Of a DNA stretch of 64,000 nt, positions 9,073 to 19,154 are shown in pieces; the first letter of the stretch is position 1, and the number at the start of each line of letters is the position of its first letter. Under the pieces are notes generated by a model. It was not told the origin of the DNA and did no database searches. It worked only from the letters and a program-made list of their open reading frames with translations. Position numbers and translations under genes: made by a program. The stretch is from Candidatus Levyibacteriota bacterium (lineage in GTDB: Bacteria; Patescibacteriota; Microgenomatia; Levybacterales; UBA12049): positions 158,726-222,725 of the forward strand of contig DAHWUP010000001.1 of NCBI GenBank assembly GCA_027334565.1. Reading direction: 5' to 3'.

Positions 9073-9596
9073 GATTTCGGGAAGATCGCCGAAAACGGAG
9101 GACTTTCCTGATCCCTTTTTGACAAAAAAGGTTTAGCATCGGTTTGCCAGTTTATATTTAGATCCTTATCGTTCCATCTGACGTCTTTTTCCCTGCCCGG
9201 CGACCATTCTTCGTCGGTGATATACACGTAATCGGCCTCCTCGCTTAAAACCAGATATGAATTTCCCAGTCCGGCCGGAACAAATAGGGCCATCCTGTTG
9301 TCATCTCCCAGCATGAATGACTCGTACTTTCCATAATTTGCAGACTCCGTTCTACAATCCACAATTACAACCTGGACCTTACCTTTAACCACATAAATTA
9401 TCTTGTTCCAGGGAGCAACATGGATCCCGCGCAGTGTATTTTTGGTAGAATGCGCATGATTCACCTGTTTTGGGATGAAACTTTTGCCGGTTTCTTTTCC
9501 CAGCGCCCCAAATCTCAATACCTCTTTAAAAAATCCTCTTTCATCCGCATGGGCAGGAGACTCGAGCCTAACGATACCCTCGATCTTTGTTTCCAT
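9069..9596 (-). CDS. rfbC: dTDP-4-dehydrorhamnose 3,5-epimerase
   Basis: RmlC cupin motifs: ERGFFKE, LRGIHV, and YVYITDEEW; 175 aa. Confidence 0.85.
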   Translation of the reverse strand: METKIEGIVRLESPAHADERGFFKEVLRFGALGKETGKSFIPKQVNHAHSTKNTLRGIHVAPWNKIIYVVKGKVQVVIVDCRTESANYGKYESFMLGDDNRMALFVPAGLGNSYLVLSEEADYVYITDEEWSPGREKDVRWNDKDLNINWQTDAKPFLSKRDQESPPFSAIFPKS

Positions 9597-9682
9597 GAAA
9601 TGATTGTAGCATTTTTCTTAAAGATTTCCACTCGGGAAATCTTCAAGTATTATTGCTATAATAAGCATCGTCTCGAATTTTT

Positions 9683-10747
9683 ATGTATACATTGCAAGAA
9701 TTTAAAACTGTTTTTGACCCCATCCTGAAGGAATTCCTGGACAAAAGAATAAATGAATTTTTGAGAAATACAACCGATCCTTTTGTCAGGGACTTTGTAT
9801 TGTATTCAAAGACACTGTCTTTAGCCGGTGGAAAAAGGATCAGGCCTTATATTGCTTACATTATGTATACGGCAAGTGGAGGGAAAAATACCGAGGCGGC
9901 ATTAAGATTATTTGTCTGTTTTGAAATATTTCATATGTTTGCCCTGATGCATGACGATGTGATGGACAAGCAGGACAAAAGACACGGGATTGCCACGGTT
10001 CATGCCTATGTTTTGGAAAGATTGAAAGAAAATGACAGGACCGGCGATTTGGAAAATGTCGCAAAAGCACAGGGAATTCTGGCGGGAAGTCTGTTCTTCT
10101 CATGGGCAATGGAATTGTTCCTGGATGATAAAGAATTTCCCGGTAAAAACCTAAAAATCGCCCATGATTATTTTTATAAAATGGTTGACGAGGTCTGCTT
10201 GGGTCAAATATTTGATATAGACACCACCTCAAGGAAAGTAACCCCCGAGGAACTGGTAACACAAAAAACCATACTTAAAACGTCTCGCTATACATTCGTA
10301 AGACCGGCACAAATCGGCGCGCACTTAGCTGATCCCAACAACAAGCTTGACGATTACTTGGAAAATTTAGGAACCAAGCTCGGTATTGCGTTTCAGCTGC
10401 AGGATGACCTGCTCGATATAATCGGTGATACAAAGAAGCTTGAGAAAAATATCTTAAGGGACGTCGCCGACAGGCAAAGCACGTTTTTTACCAATTTTGT
10501 ATTACATAAGGGCAGCAAGATGCAAAGGGAAAAATTTTTGCATTATTTCGGCAATGAATTAAACTCCGGTGAACAAGAAGAAGTGATAAATATTTTTACC
10601 GAATCCGGTGCGATAGACGCAGGTAAAAAATTAATTTTACAAAACCTTGAAGAAGCCAAAAGACTAATCAATATGGCCGATTTGGGCAACGATTATAAAA
10701 AAACGTGTTTGGATTTAATTCAAATTATGCAGGATCGTCAAAATTAG
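9683..10747 (+). CDS. Polyprenyl (isoprenyl diphosphate) synthase
   Basis: First aspartate-rich motif LMHDDVMD and second motif QLQDDLLDIIGD. Confidence 0.85.
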   Translation: MYTLQEFKTVFDPILKEFLDKRINEFLRNTTDPFVRDFVLYSKTLSLAGGKRIRPYIAYIMYTASGGKNTEAALRLFVCFEIFHMFALMHDDVMDKQDKRHGIATVHAYVLERLKENDRTGDLENVAKAQGILAGSLFFSWAMELFLDDKEFPGKNLKIAHDYFYKMVDEVCLGQIFDIDTTSRKVTPEELVTQKTILKTSRYTFVRPAQIGAHLADPNNKLDDYLENLGTKLGIAFQLQDDLLDIIGDTKKLEKNILRDVADRQSTFFTNFVLHKGSKMQREKFLHYFGNELNSGEQEEVINIFTESGAIDAGKKLILQNLEEAKRLINMADLGNDYKKTCLDLIQIMQDRQN

Positions 10748-10784
10748 CGTCCAACCTTCGGTTTTGGTATAATCTAACCCTGTT

Positions 10785-11825
10785 ATGGTAACGGAATCTC
10801 CGCAATTCAATTACGGCCAGGTACCCGAAATTCCTCCCGGATTTAATGTGCAAGAAGTATTTGTGGCCGGGAATAGAGGTACCTGCGGAGGGGTTGAAAT
10901 GACCCTTGCCGCCGTAAGTCAGATCATGGAAGTTGTTCCGCAAGAAATTCCCATTTACGCAACAAACACACCGATTAACTTTCCCCAGGCTTTTGAACGA
11001 TATGGAGATCGGCTTAAAATTGCAGGTGGAAATATTTCGGATGTTCCCGATGGCTCTATACTTATAGTATCGGCGCATGGCGCACCCCCAAGTTTATTTG
11101 ATGAGGCAAAATCAAAAAATCTACATGTAATAGATGTCACCTGTCCAATCGTGACCGAAGAGCAAAAGCTAGTTAGAAATACTGCCGCGAAAGGAATTCC
11201 GATTGTCTATCTTGGAGAAGAAAATCACCCTGAAACCATTGGAATTAAAGGCCAGGTCCCAAAAGGCGCCATCAAAGTTTTCGATCCGAATGAACCGATC
11301 CCCGAAGATGAACACATTCCCGACGGAGCAAAGTTATTTGTTAAAACGACCAATGATCCGGCCAGGAATGAATTAAGAGCAAACGAACTTAAGGAACGTG
11401 TAGGCGAACTCGACGACACAAGAATCCTCCCCTGCTATGCTTTAAAAAACAGATATGCCGCGGGCAAACCGCTCATCGAAGGTGTGGATTTATGGATGGT
11501 GGTAGGTGATATATCAAGCAACAACGCGAGAGGGTTAAGAGATATAGAAGTAAAGGGACCGGCGGGGGAAGGAAAATTAATACCGCGTATGCTTGTCGGA
11601 AAACCTCAGGATATCGATTGGGAAATGTTTACGCCTTCGGTAAGAAAAGTCGGGGTCACGGCGGCTGCTTCGGCGCCAGAAGAGTTCACGCAACGAATAT
11701 TGAATGAATTTAGGCGCTTAGGCGTAAATGTGATAGAATTACCACAGGTATTACCCGAAATGCCAAGAACATTCAGATTACCCAAAGAACAATTGGAGGC
11801 GTTAAGACAAAAATATGCGGACTAA
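10785..11825 (+). CDS. ispH: 4-hydroxy-3-methylbut-2-enyl diphosphate reductase
   Basis: IspH/LytB signature with three conserved Cys regions (GTCGGVE, VIDVTCPIVT) and SSNNARGL. Confidence 0.8.
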   Translation: MVTESPQFNYGQVPEIPPGFNVQEVFVAGNRGTCGGVEMTLAAVSQIMEVVPQEIPIYATNTPINFPQAFERYGDRLKIAGGNISDVPDGSILIVSAHGAPPSLFDEAKSKNLHVIDVTCPIVTEEQKLVRNTAAKGIPIVYLGEENHPETIGIKGQVPKGAIKVFDPNEPIPEDEHIPDGAKLFVKTTNDPARNELRANELKERVGELDDTRILPCYALKNRYAAGKPLIEGVDLWMVVGDISSNNARGLRDIEVKGPAGEGKLIPRMLVGKPQDIDWEMFTPSVRKVGVTAAASAPEEFTQRILNEFRRLGVNVIELPQVLPEMPRTFRLPKEQLEALRQKYAD

Positions 11826-11834
11826 TTAAAAATT

Positions 11835-12377
11835 ATGAACAAATATTACAAACAAAAACAGATCATTGCCAGAGTCAATAAAAAGGGTGAAATAATCGGC
11901 CGGATCGAAAAATGGGAGGCACATAAAAAAGGCATCTTACATAAAGCTTTAACCGTCAGCCTGATCTATAAAGATCATTATGTGATCCAACATAGAAAAC
12001 ATATTGCCTTCGACGGAGTGTTTGACATAACTATTTCGTCACATCAGCTTTATATAAATGATAAACTGCAGTCTACGATCGAAGCCGGTCTTGACTGCTT
12101 ACAACGAGAGTGGAACTTAACTGCCAAAGATTTTATCGGAAAACCTAAGATTTTGGGAGCGGTCTATTATAAAGCAAAGGATGAGAAAAGTATTTTTACC
12201 GAACATGAGGTTTGTGACATGGTTGAAGTAAAATTAAAAAGGCTGCCCCAACCGAATTTCGATTTTGCTTACGGTTATTCGCTGGTAAAAAAAGAGGAAT
12301 TACTGAATAAAAACAGCAGGATCTACGAAAATCTCGCCCCGTGGGTAAAGGTTGCGATTGCAAAAAAAATGATTTAA
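11835..12377 (+). CDS. Nudix-fold protein resembling type-1 isopentenyl-diphosphate isomerase (divergent)
   Basis: The [26 protein letters not shown] pattern is like the IDI-1 N-terminus. It sits directly after ispH and the polyprenyl synthase. Confidence 0.45.
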   Translation: MNKYYKQKQIIARVNKKGEIIGRIEKWEAHKKGILHKALTVSLIYKDHYVIQHRKHIAFDGVFDITISSHQLYINDKLQSTIEAGLDCLQREWNLTAKDFIGKPKILGAVYYKAKDEKSIFTEHEVCDMVEVKLKRLPQPNFDFAYGYSLVKKEELLNKNSRIYENLAPWVKVAIAKKMI

Positions 12378-12393
12378 TATTCAATCACTTATC

Positions 12394-12732
12394 ATGATAC
12401 TTATCAAAAGAGTTTATGACTCTCCTTCCGGAAAAGACGGCTTAAGAATTTTGGTGGACCGGCTTTGGCCAAGAGGATTATCGAAAGAAAAAGCTAAAGC
12501 GGATTTGTGGTTAAAAGAAGTAGCACCGTCAGACAGCTTAAGGGAATGGTTTGACCATAAAGATTATAAATGGGAAGAATTTAAAAAGCGATATTTTGAG
12601 GAACTTAAAAACAAAAAGGATGTTATCCAACAAATAAAAGACCGGAAAGGAACGATTACTCTTTTATTCGGAGCGAAAAATCTCCAATATAATAATGCCG
12701 TAGCTCTAAAAGAATATCTAAAAAAAGATTGA
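12394..12732 (+). CDS. DUF488 family protein
   Basis: [23 protein letters not shown]...[13 protein letters not shown] matches the DUF488 consensus. Confidence 0.6.
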   Translation: MILIKRVYDSPSGKDGLRILVDRLWPRGLSKEKAKADLWLKEVAPSDSLREWFDHKDYKWEEFKKRYFEELKNKKDVIQQIKDRKGTITLLFGAKNLQYNNAVALKEYLKKD

Positions 12733-12740
12733 AAATTTAA

Positions 12741-13178
12741 CTACCTCTTCGGGCTTTGTTTCTTTCGTCTTGCCTTACCGCCCATTCCGACCTTTCTTCG
12801 TTGTCTGACCCTCGGATCTCTTGTCAAAAAACCTTTTTTTCTTAAAATTTGTTTGTTCTTTTCATCGATTTGAGACAGGGCCTTGGATACACCGTGTATG
12901 AATGCTCCCAATTGACTTTGATTACCGCCACCTTCGACCCTGGCGGTAATGGTGTATTTACCTAAATTATTCGTTATTTTTAACGGTTCTTCAAAATAAG
13001 CCTTGGCCACCAAGCCGCTAAAATATTTGTCAACCGGCAGGTCATTGATAAAAATGTCTCCTTTTTTAACGGTCAATGTCCCTGCGGTCAGTGTTTCTTT
13101 TAAATCTTTATAAAGTCTGACCCTTGCGACGGCTTCTTTTCTCTTTCCTTTGGTGAAAATATAATTTTTATCTGCCAT
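12741..13178 (-). CDS. rpsI: 30S ribosomal protein S9
   Basis: GKRKEAVARV...GGG..SQ..A...G..KAL... with a C-terminal RRKKQSPKR tail. Confidence 0.92.
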   Translation of the reverse strand: MADKNYIFTKGKRKEAVARVRLYKDLKETLTAGTLTVKKGDIFINDLPVDKYFSGLVAKAYFEEPLKITNNLGKYTITARVEGGGNQSQLGAFIHGVSKALSQIDEKNKQILRKKGFLTRDPRVRQRRKVGMGGKARRKKQSPKR

Positions 13179-13180
13179 AA

Positions 13181-13639
13181 TTATTTCTTTTTCCCCTCGT
13201 CGGATTTACCGTTTAAAGATTCCTTTTTGAATTTATCCTTATAATTATGTTCCTCGTTCGCGAAAACGTAAAGCCTTTTAAGCATCGATGCCCTCAGTCT
13301 ATTTTGGGGAAGCATTCCCGAAACCGCATGTCTTACTATTTCAACCGGCTTCTTGGCCCTCAATTCCTGTAACGTTTGCTGTTTAAAACCTCCGGGATAA
13401 CCCGAATGCCTGTAATACTTTTTTTGTGTTTCCTTCTTGCCGCTCACTTTGATATCTTTAGCATTTATTACCACCACGTAGTCTCCCATATCCAAATTCC
13501 TGACGAAATTGGCTTTACTTTTTCCCATCAAAAATTGTGCGATATCCGATGCGCTTCTGCCTAATATTTTATTTTTGACATCAACCAAATGCCAATCTCT
13601 TTTTATTTCGCTTAATTTGGTCGAGTTTGTGTTTGCCAT
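13181..13639 (-). CDS. rplM: 50S ribosomal protein L13
   Basis: WHLVDVKNKILGR...MGK motif; upstream neighbour of rpsI as in the conserved operon. Confidence 0.92.
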   Translation of the reverse strand: MANTNSTKLSEIKRDWHLVDVKNKILGRSASDIAQFLMGKSKANFVRNLDMGDYVVVINAKDIKVSGKKETQKKYYRHSGYPGGFKQQTLQELRAKKPVEIVRHAVSGMLPQNRLRASMLKRLYVFANEEHNYKDKFKKESLNGKSDEGKKK

Positions 13640-13641
13640 AT

Positions 13642-14118
13642 CTATTTTTTAGCTTTCTTAACTACCCTTTTTGCGGGTTTTTTCGTTTCCTTTGTTTGTT
13701 TTTGAGTTGTCCTGGCGGCAGATTTTCTGTCGTTTCTTTTTATTCCTTCCACGGGAACTATTTCCATCTTATCCACCCACTCGATCAATACCAATGGTGA
13801 ATTATCACCGAATCTTTCACCCAAACGTACTATCCGGGTATAACCTCCCTGTCTTTGGGCAAACCTTGGACCAATTTCTTTGGTCATTTTTTCAAAAGCC
13901 TCTTTTGATAAGCTTTTTTGTAAAACTGCGTCTGCTCCTTTTTCCAAATGTTTAGCTTTGGTCACCAGTTTTTCGATTTCAGGTTTGATTGCTTTTGCTT
14001 TAGCCTCGGTGGTCTTGATGCTTTCCTGTAGAACCAGAGACGACATCAACGCCTTAAAAAGCGCCGTTCTTTCGTTCATGTCCCTCCCCAGTTTTCTTCC
14101 GTATACATTTTTTTTCAT
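13642..14118 (-). CDS. rplQ: 50S ribosomal protein L17
   Basis: GRKLGR...ALF..L...I.TT..KAK motif; follows rpoA. Confidence 0.9.
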   Translation of the reverse strand: MKKNVYGRKLGRDMNERTALFKALMSSLVLQESIKTTEAKAKAIKPEIEKLVTKAKHLEKGADAVLQKSLSKEAFEKMTKEIGPRFAQRQGGYTRIVRLGERFGDNSPLVLIEWVDKMEIVPVEGIKRNDRKSAARTTQKQTKETKKPAKRVVKKAKK

Positions 14119-14142
14119 ATATTCCCTACTTGCTCCAATACT

Positions 14143-14201
14143 AAAAAATCTTAAATCTCAAAACTATCTTGGTTTAACTTATTAATTTGAGATCTAAGAT
14201 T
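14143..14201 (-). terminator. Imperfect AU-rich hairpin followed by a U-tract on the transcribed (minus) strand, between rpoA and rplQ
   Basis: The stem AATCTTAAATCTCAA pairs with TTGAGATCTAAGATT with 1 mismatch. The A6 run at 14143-14148 on the plus strand gives U6 on the transcript. It is probably an attenuator rather than a full terminator. Confidence 0.3.
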
Positions 14202-14213
14202 TTGAGATTATAT

Positions 14214-15137
14214 CTAACTTTGAAGACTAATTCCTTTTTCTTTCAATTTTTCTTCGATGATTTCAATTGATTTCCCGCCCATATTACGCATGGATATTAA
14301 ATCTTTTCTCGGGACTTCCAGAAGTTGTCCGATGGTCTCGATTCCGCCGTTTCTTAAGGTGTTATATATTCTGGTCGGAAGGTCCAGCTCATCAACGGTC
14401 ATTCTGAGTGTTGCCTCAGCTATTCCGGTTAAAACAGGATTCGCATCCTCAACGTCGACTTCTTTAGGCTGATATATTTGACGGAAATAGGCAGATAGTA
14501 TCTTTGCCGCTTCGTCCAACGCCTCTCTGGGCTTGACCACACCGTTGGTCCAAATCTTTAGCGTAAGTTTATCGAGGTTTGTCTGTCTTCCTACCCTGGT
14601 TAGCGATACTTCAGGAATAACCCTTCTAATCGGTGTAAAGACCGCATCTGTCGCCAGCACACCTAAGGTTGAAATTTTTCTTTCGTCCGCCAACGAATAC
14701 CCCATTCCTCTTTCAACCGTTAACTCCATATCCAACTTTGCTTTTTTATCACTTAAAAATCCCAAATAATGGTCTTTATTTACTACTTCTACGTCTTCGG
14801 GAAGCTCAAGGTCGGCCGCCGTAATTTCTTTGGGGCCTCTTACGGATAATTTGATCGTGCTTTCGGATTTGGAATCCAACAGTCTTAAATTTAACCCTTT
14901 AATGTTTAACAGTAGATCGACGACATTTTCCTTTAAGCCCGGGATCGTTGTGAACTTGTGTTTTGCACCCGATATTTTTACCGAGGTGACAGCTGCCCCC
15001 GGGATAGATACCAATAATACTCTTCTTAAAGCGCTTCCCAAGGTATGACCGAATCCCGACTCCAATGGTTCGATGACGAATTCACCGTAATCCTCGGTGA
15101 CTTTTTCCTCTTTAATTTTAAACGTAGGCTCAACCAT
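14214..15137 (-). CDS. rpoA: DNA-directed RNA polymerase subunit alpha
   Basis: GFGHTLGSALRRVLL N-terminal domain motif and a C-terminal domain helix-hairpin-helix. Confidence 0.95.
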   Translation of the reverse strand: MVEPTFKIKEEKVTEDYGEFVIEPLESGFGHTLGSALRRVLLVSIPGAAVTSVKISGAKHKFTTIPGLKENVVDLLLNIKGLNLRLLDSKSESTIKLSVRGPKEITAADLELPEDVEVVNKDHYLGFLSDKKAKLDMELTVERGMGYSLADERKISTLGVLATDAVFTPIRRVIPEVSLTRVGRQTNLDKLTLKIWTNGVVKPREALDEAAKILSAYFRQIYQPKEVDVEDANPVLTGIAEATLRMTVDELDLPTRIYNTLRNGGIETIGQLLEVPRKDLISMRNMGGKSIEIIEEKLKEKGISLQS

Positions 15138-15154
15138 AGCTTAATATTCTACCA

Positions 15155-15757
15155 TTATCTTGAATAATATTCAATAATTAGCTGCAGATCGAACGGAACC
15201 TGCATATCGCTTAATTTAGGCAGCCTGACAAGCTTTCCCGAAAAAGCTTTTCTCTGCAAAAAAGGCAAAACTTCGGTCTCTTCTTTAGCCAATTCCAGGA
15301 CCTGAGGATTGTTCTGTAGTTTTGGCGAAAGACTTATTACGTCATCAACTTTCACCTGATAAGAAGGGATCGAAAGTTTTTTACCATTTACCAAAACATG
15401 GCCGTGGGAAACCAATTGCCTGGCCATAAATCTGGTTTTGGCAAAGCCAAGTCTGTAAACAACGTTATCCAATCTCGTCTCAAGCATCGAAATTACCAAT
15501 TCTTTGGTGTCGCCTTTTCTCTTTTGAACCGTTTGAACGGTTCTTTTGAATTGTTTTTCCAAAACGCCGTAGGTGGTTTTCGCTTTCTGTTTTTCGCGGA
15601 GCTGTAAACCGAATTCGGAAAGTCTTCTTTTTCCTTTTTTGCCGTGATCACCGGGAGGGATATTTAATCTTCGCAACAAACTTTGCGAAGATTTATCCAA
15701 TAGATTTACCCCCTCTTTTCTAACCAGTCTGTGTTTTGGTCCGGTATACCTGGCCAT
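15155..15757 (-). CDS. rpsD: 30S ribosomal protein S4
   Basis: MARYTGPK start and an S4 RNA-binding domain. Confidence 0.95.
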   Translation of the reverse strand: MARYTGPKHRLVRKEGVNLLDKSSQSLLRRLNIPPGDHGKKGKRRLSEFGLQLREKQKAKTTYGVLEKQFKRTVQTVQKRKGDTKELVISMLETRLDNVVYRLGFAKTRFMARQLVSHGHVLVNGKKLSIPSYQVKVDDVISLSPKLQNNPQVLELAKEETEVLPFLQRKAFSGKLVRLPKLSDMQVPFDLQLIIEYYSR

Positions 15758-16158
15758 TAAATTCTCCTCCTTTTCTCAGCTCTTGGACCGTTATGAGGGA
15801 TCGGGGTTAAATCGGCGATCAATGAGATTGAAAGACCGGCAGATTTGATTGCCCTTAACGCGGCATCCCGTCCGGCACCGGGTCCTTTGATATAAACGTC
15901 AACAACCTTGATTCCTTTTTCCAGCACTTTGCTTGCGGCTTTTTCAACCGCGGTGGTTGCCGCAAAGGGAGTCGATTTTCTGGTGCCCTTAAATCCGGCG
16001 GCTCCTGCGCTGCTCCAGGCAACGGTATCACCCGCTTCGTTGGTAAAAGTTACCAACGTGTTATTGAAAGTCGCTAAAACATATACTCGTCCTTTTTCGG
16101 TCAATTTAAGGTTGGATTTTTTAACTTTTGTTTTGGTCGTTTCTTCTTTATTTGCCAT
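15757..16158 (-). CDS. rpsK: 30S ribosomal protein S11
   Basis: [10 protein letters not shown]...AAGFKG..KSTPFAA. Confidence 0.95.
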   Translation of the reverse strand: MANKEETTKTKVKKSNLKLTEKGRVYVLATFNNTLVTFTNEAGDTVAWSSAGAAGFKGTRKSTPFAATTAVEKAASKVLEKGIKVVDVYIKGPGAGRDAALRAIKSAGLSISLIADLTPIPHNGPRAEKRRRI

Positions 16159-16170
16159 AATTTATCAAAC

Positions 16171-16566
16171 TTACTCGGATACAAGCCCCATTTTGGCTGC
16201 TACCTCTTTTTTGATCGCTCCGATAGTAACTCTTTTACCGCGTTTGGTTCTTGCATTCGATTTGGTCCTCTGGCCTCTCACGGGAAGGTTTCTGCTATGC
16301 CTTAGTCCCCTGTAGCTTCCGATCTCCTTTAACCGCTTGATGTTATCCTGAATTTCCACTCTTAAATCACCTTCAAGCTTATATGTTTCCAGTACTTTTT
16401 GAATATTTTTTTGTTCCTCCTCGGTCAATGCTTTGATTCTTTTTGAAGGTTCAACCCCTGCTTTCATCAGCACTTCGCCGACGTTTCCACGTCCGATACC
16501 AAAAAGGTAGGTTAAACCTATATCCACTCTTTTTTCGTCCGGTAAATTTATTCCCGAAATTCTCAT
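16171..16566 (-). CDS. rpsM: 30S ribosomal protein S13
   Basis: MRISGINLP...IGLTYLFGIG. Confidence 0.95.
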   Translation of the reverse strand: MRISGINLPDEKRVDIGLTYLFGIGRGNVGEVLMKAGVEPSKRIKALTEEEQKNIQKVLETYKLEGDLRVEIQDNIKRLKEIGSYRGLRHSRNLPVRGQRTKSNARTKRGKRVTIGAIKKEVAAKMGLVSE

Positions 16567-16575
16567 ATATTTAAA

Positions 16576-16689
16576 TTATCCTTGCCGTTGGTTATGTCTC
16601 GGATTATCACAGACAACCCTTAAAACCCCTCTTCTTTTTATAATTTTACATTTTACACATCTTTGTTTAACGCTTGCTTGAACTTTCAT
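16576..16689 (-). CDS. rpmJ: 50S ribosomal protein L36
   Basis: Not in the ORF track (below 60 aa). Manual translation of the reverse complement gives [37 protein letters not shown] plus a stop. This carries the C-x2-C...C...H zinc ribbon of L36 and sits in its canonical infA-rpmJ-rpsM position. Confidence 0.9.
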   Translation of the reverse strand: MKVQASVKQRCVKCKIIKRRGVLRVVCDNPRHNQRQG

Positions 16690-16706
16690 AATTAAAACCC
16701 CTTCGG

Positions 16707-16943
16707 TTATTTGCCTCTATAAACTATTCTTCCCTTTTCTTTATCATACGGTGTCATTTCCACCTTAACTTTGTCTCCCGGAAGAATTTTAATAAAATTC
16801 ATCCGCATTTTACCGGATAAATGACAAAGAATTATCTGACCGTTTTCAAGTTCAACCCGAAACAACGTGTTTGGAAGTGATTCTTTAACCACTCCGTCCA
16901 ATTCTATTGAGCCTTGATGAGCCATATATTCTGTTCCGGCCAT
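16707..16943 (-). CDS. infA: Translation initiation factor IF-1 (the true start may be the internal Met at 16925, giving 72 aa)
   Basis: [14 protein letters not shown]...HLSGKMR..FI.IL.GDKV.VE..PYD, near-identical to the bacterial IF-1 consensus. Confidence 0.92.
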   Translation of the reverse strand: MAGTEYMAHQGSIELDGVVKESLPNTLFRVELENGQIILCHLSGKMRMNFIKILPGDKVKVEMTPYDKEKGRIVYRGK

Positions 16944-17104
16944 CGATGAACGGCCGAAACCATAAAAATATAAATCCTAAACCACTCTTTAAGTGCGTTT
17001 AGAATTTACCCGATTATTATATCAAAGCCGGCCAAAAAGAGCAAACTAAATAATAAAATTTGTTAAGGCAATTAAAAAACCTTTAACCCCAAATCAATAA
17101 TTTC

Positions 17105-17857
17105 TTAGGGTGTAAGTAACTTCGGTCCCTTGTTCGTAATCGCAATTGTCCGTTCAAAAAGTCCGGAAAGCGAACCGTCTCTGGTCCTCAGCGTCCAACC
17201 GTCGTTATCCAGGGTAAGATCCGGATCGCCCATATTATAAATCACCTCAATGGCGATCACCATCCCTTCCTTAAGTTCGGGAGATTTTCCTCTTCGACCG
17301 AAGATATACCCCGGTACCTCGGGCTCCTCATGCAATTCTTTCCCCACCCCGTGTCCAACCAGGCTTCGAACAACCGAATATCCTCCTTCAACTTCCACGA
17401 TATGTTGAATTATCCCGGAAATATCAAAGACGCGGTTACCGACAACAGCCTGTTTGATACTTTCTTCCAATGCTTTTTTACCAGTTGCAATAAATTTCTT
17501 AACCTCGTCGGATACCGGTTCAACGACCGTTGTCTCCGACATGTCCGAATGAAAACCGTTATAGTATGCTCCGCAGTCGATTCCGACTTTATCGCCGGCT
17601 TTGAACCGATAAGCGGAAGGAATTCCGTGCACACAAACGTCGTTGGTGGAAATACATATCGTATGTTTATATCCTTCGACCTTTTTAAATCCCGGTTCTC
17701 CGCCTTTTTCGATGATCAATTTTTCCGCCAAAGCGTCCAGTTCAAGTTCGGAAACCCCCGGCCCAACGGCTTTAATAAGTTCCCACATTGTCTCGCTCAG
17801 GATTTTCCCCGCATGTTCCATAATTTTTAACTCTTGTGATGTTTTTAGCTTAATCAT
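17105..17857 (-). CDS. map: Type I methionine aminopeptidase
   Basis: A 250-aa pita-bread fold with metal ligand motifs (D...D...H...E...E); canonical position after adk/secY. Confidence 0.9.
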   Translation of the reverse strand: MIKLKTSQELKIMEHAGKILSETMWELIKAVGPGVSELELDALAEKLIIEKGGEPGFKKVEGYKHTICISTNDVCVHGIPSAYRFKAGDKVGIDCGAYYNGFHSDMSETTVVEPVSDEVKKFIATGKKALEESIKQAVVGNRVFDISGIIQHIVEVEGGYSVVRSLVGHGVGKELHEEPEVPGYIFGRRGKSPELKEGMVIAIEVIYNMGDPDLTLDNDGWTLRTRDGSLSGLFERTIAITNKGPKLLTP

Positions 17858-18546
17858 CTGACCAACTCCCTTTCTTTTAATTTTTTAATGACAGCAGCAA
17901 CCGTTTCATCTACCGTTTGACTTGAATTATCCAAAGTCCAATAACCATATTTATCAGGCTTCAGGGGTAACGGGTCCACTTTCCGATGCGAATCTCTATA
18001 GTCCCTTTCTTTGACCTCATGCAAAACTTCCGATAAAGTTTTGATGATCCCTTTTTGCTTATATCTTTCGAGACCTCTCTTCACTCTGACTTGGACGTTA
18101 GCAGTCAAAAATATTTTTAATTCGGCGTTTGGCAAGACCCTGGTACCTATATCTCTTCCTTCCATGATCACAATTTTTCCTTTCCCGATGCTATTCTTAG
18201 CTAATAATTGTTGTTTTTTGACCAGCTCATTTCTAACTTCAGGGTAAACGCCAACAATGGAGCTCCCATTGGATACATCCTCTTTTCTTATCCGTTGTGT
18301 TACATTCCTTCCGTTCAAAAAAACTTTTCGGTTATCAATGACTATATTCGCTTTATGCAAAATATTAACAACATTTTTTTCGATATTGACATCAAGCTTA
18401 TTTTGAATGCAGAGTAGAGCAATGCAACGGTAGGTTACACCGGTGTCGATAGCGCTTCCTTTGAGTTTCTTTGCTAAGGCGGTAGCGATAGTGCCTTTTC
18501 CGGCAGCCACCGGTCCGTCAATTGCAATCGAATAACCTTTATTCAT
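17854..18546 (-). CDS. cmk: Cytidylate kinase
   Basis: IAIDGPVAAGKGT P-loop followed by the Cmk NMP-binding region. Confidence 0.8.
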   Translation of the reverse strand: MNKGYSIAIDGPVAAGKGTIATALAKKLKGSAIDTGVTYRCIALLCIQNKLDVNIEKNVVNILHKANIVIDNRKVFLNGRNVTQRIRKEDVSNGSSIVGVYPEVRNELVKKQQLLAKNSIGKGKIVIMEGRDIGTRVLPNAELKIFLTANVQVRVKRGLERYKQKGIIKTLSEVLHEVKERDYRDSHRKVDPLPLKPDKYGYWTLDNSSQTVDETVAAVIKKLKERELVR

Positions 18547-18563
18547 AATGTTCGAAAACGGGG

Positions 18564-19097
18564 TTAATTTAGTCTTTCCAGAATTTCTTTGGTAATTTTT
18601 TCTATCGTCTGTTCCCCGTTAACATACATAAGTTTTCCTCTTTCCTTATAATATTCCAAAACGGGTTTGGTATGTTCGTGAAAAACATCAATTCTCTTTC
18701 TGATTGCCTGAAGTGTTTCGTCTTCGCGCTCTTGCTCCCTATCCGAGAGTCTCCATAACGCTTCTTTGTCCGACACGTCAAGAAAAATTGCCCGGTCCAC
18801 CCCGTCTTTAAATTCTTCCGCCTGTCGCAAAGTCCTGGGAAAACCGTCCAGGATATAACCGTTTTGATATTGCGGTTTTGCCAAATATTCTTCGACTATT
18901 TCCAAGGTCCTATGGTCAGGAATCAAAAAACCGGCGTTAATGGTTTCTTTGATATATCTACCGTTCTGGGTTTTTTCCTTTGCAAGTTCACGGAAAATAT
19001 GTCCGGTAGAAAGATAAGGAATATTTAATTTTTTGGACAACAAATTTCCTTGCGTCGATTTGCCGGAACCTTGAATACCGATTAAGACTAATTTCAT
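18564..19097 (-). CDS. adk: Adenylate kinase, short type (no long LID/zinc insertion)
   Basis: GIQGSGKSTQ P-loop, GFLIPD, and GFPRT; only 177 aa. Confidence 0.88.
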   Translation of the reverse strand: MKLVLIGIQGSGKSTQGNLLSKKLNIPYLSTGHIFRELAKEKTQNGRYIKETINAGFLIPDHRTLEIVEEYLAKPQYQNGYILDGFPRTLRQAEEFKDGVDRAIFLDVSDKEALWRLSDREQEREDETLQAIRKRIDVFHEHTKPVLEYYKERGKLMYVNGEQTIEKITKEILERLN

Positions 19098-19154
19098 AAT
19101 TAATAATTACCTCGTATGGTTTCCAAGCTAACGCCTTAGGAAGATCCTGTCAGA

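Noticed and set aside
14138-14210. Repeated TTTTGAGAT/ATCTCAAAA units, considered as a possible mini CRISPR or direct-repeat array
   Set aside because: There are only two inverted copies forming a single hairpin, with no spacers and no cas genes. They are interpreted as an RNA structure.
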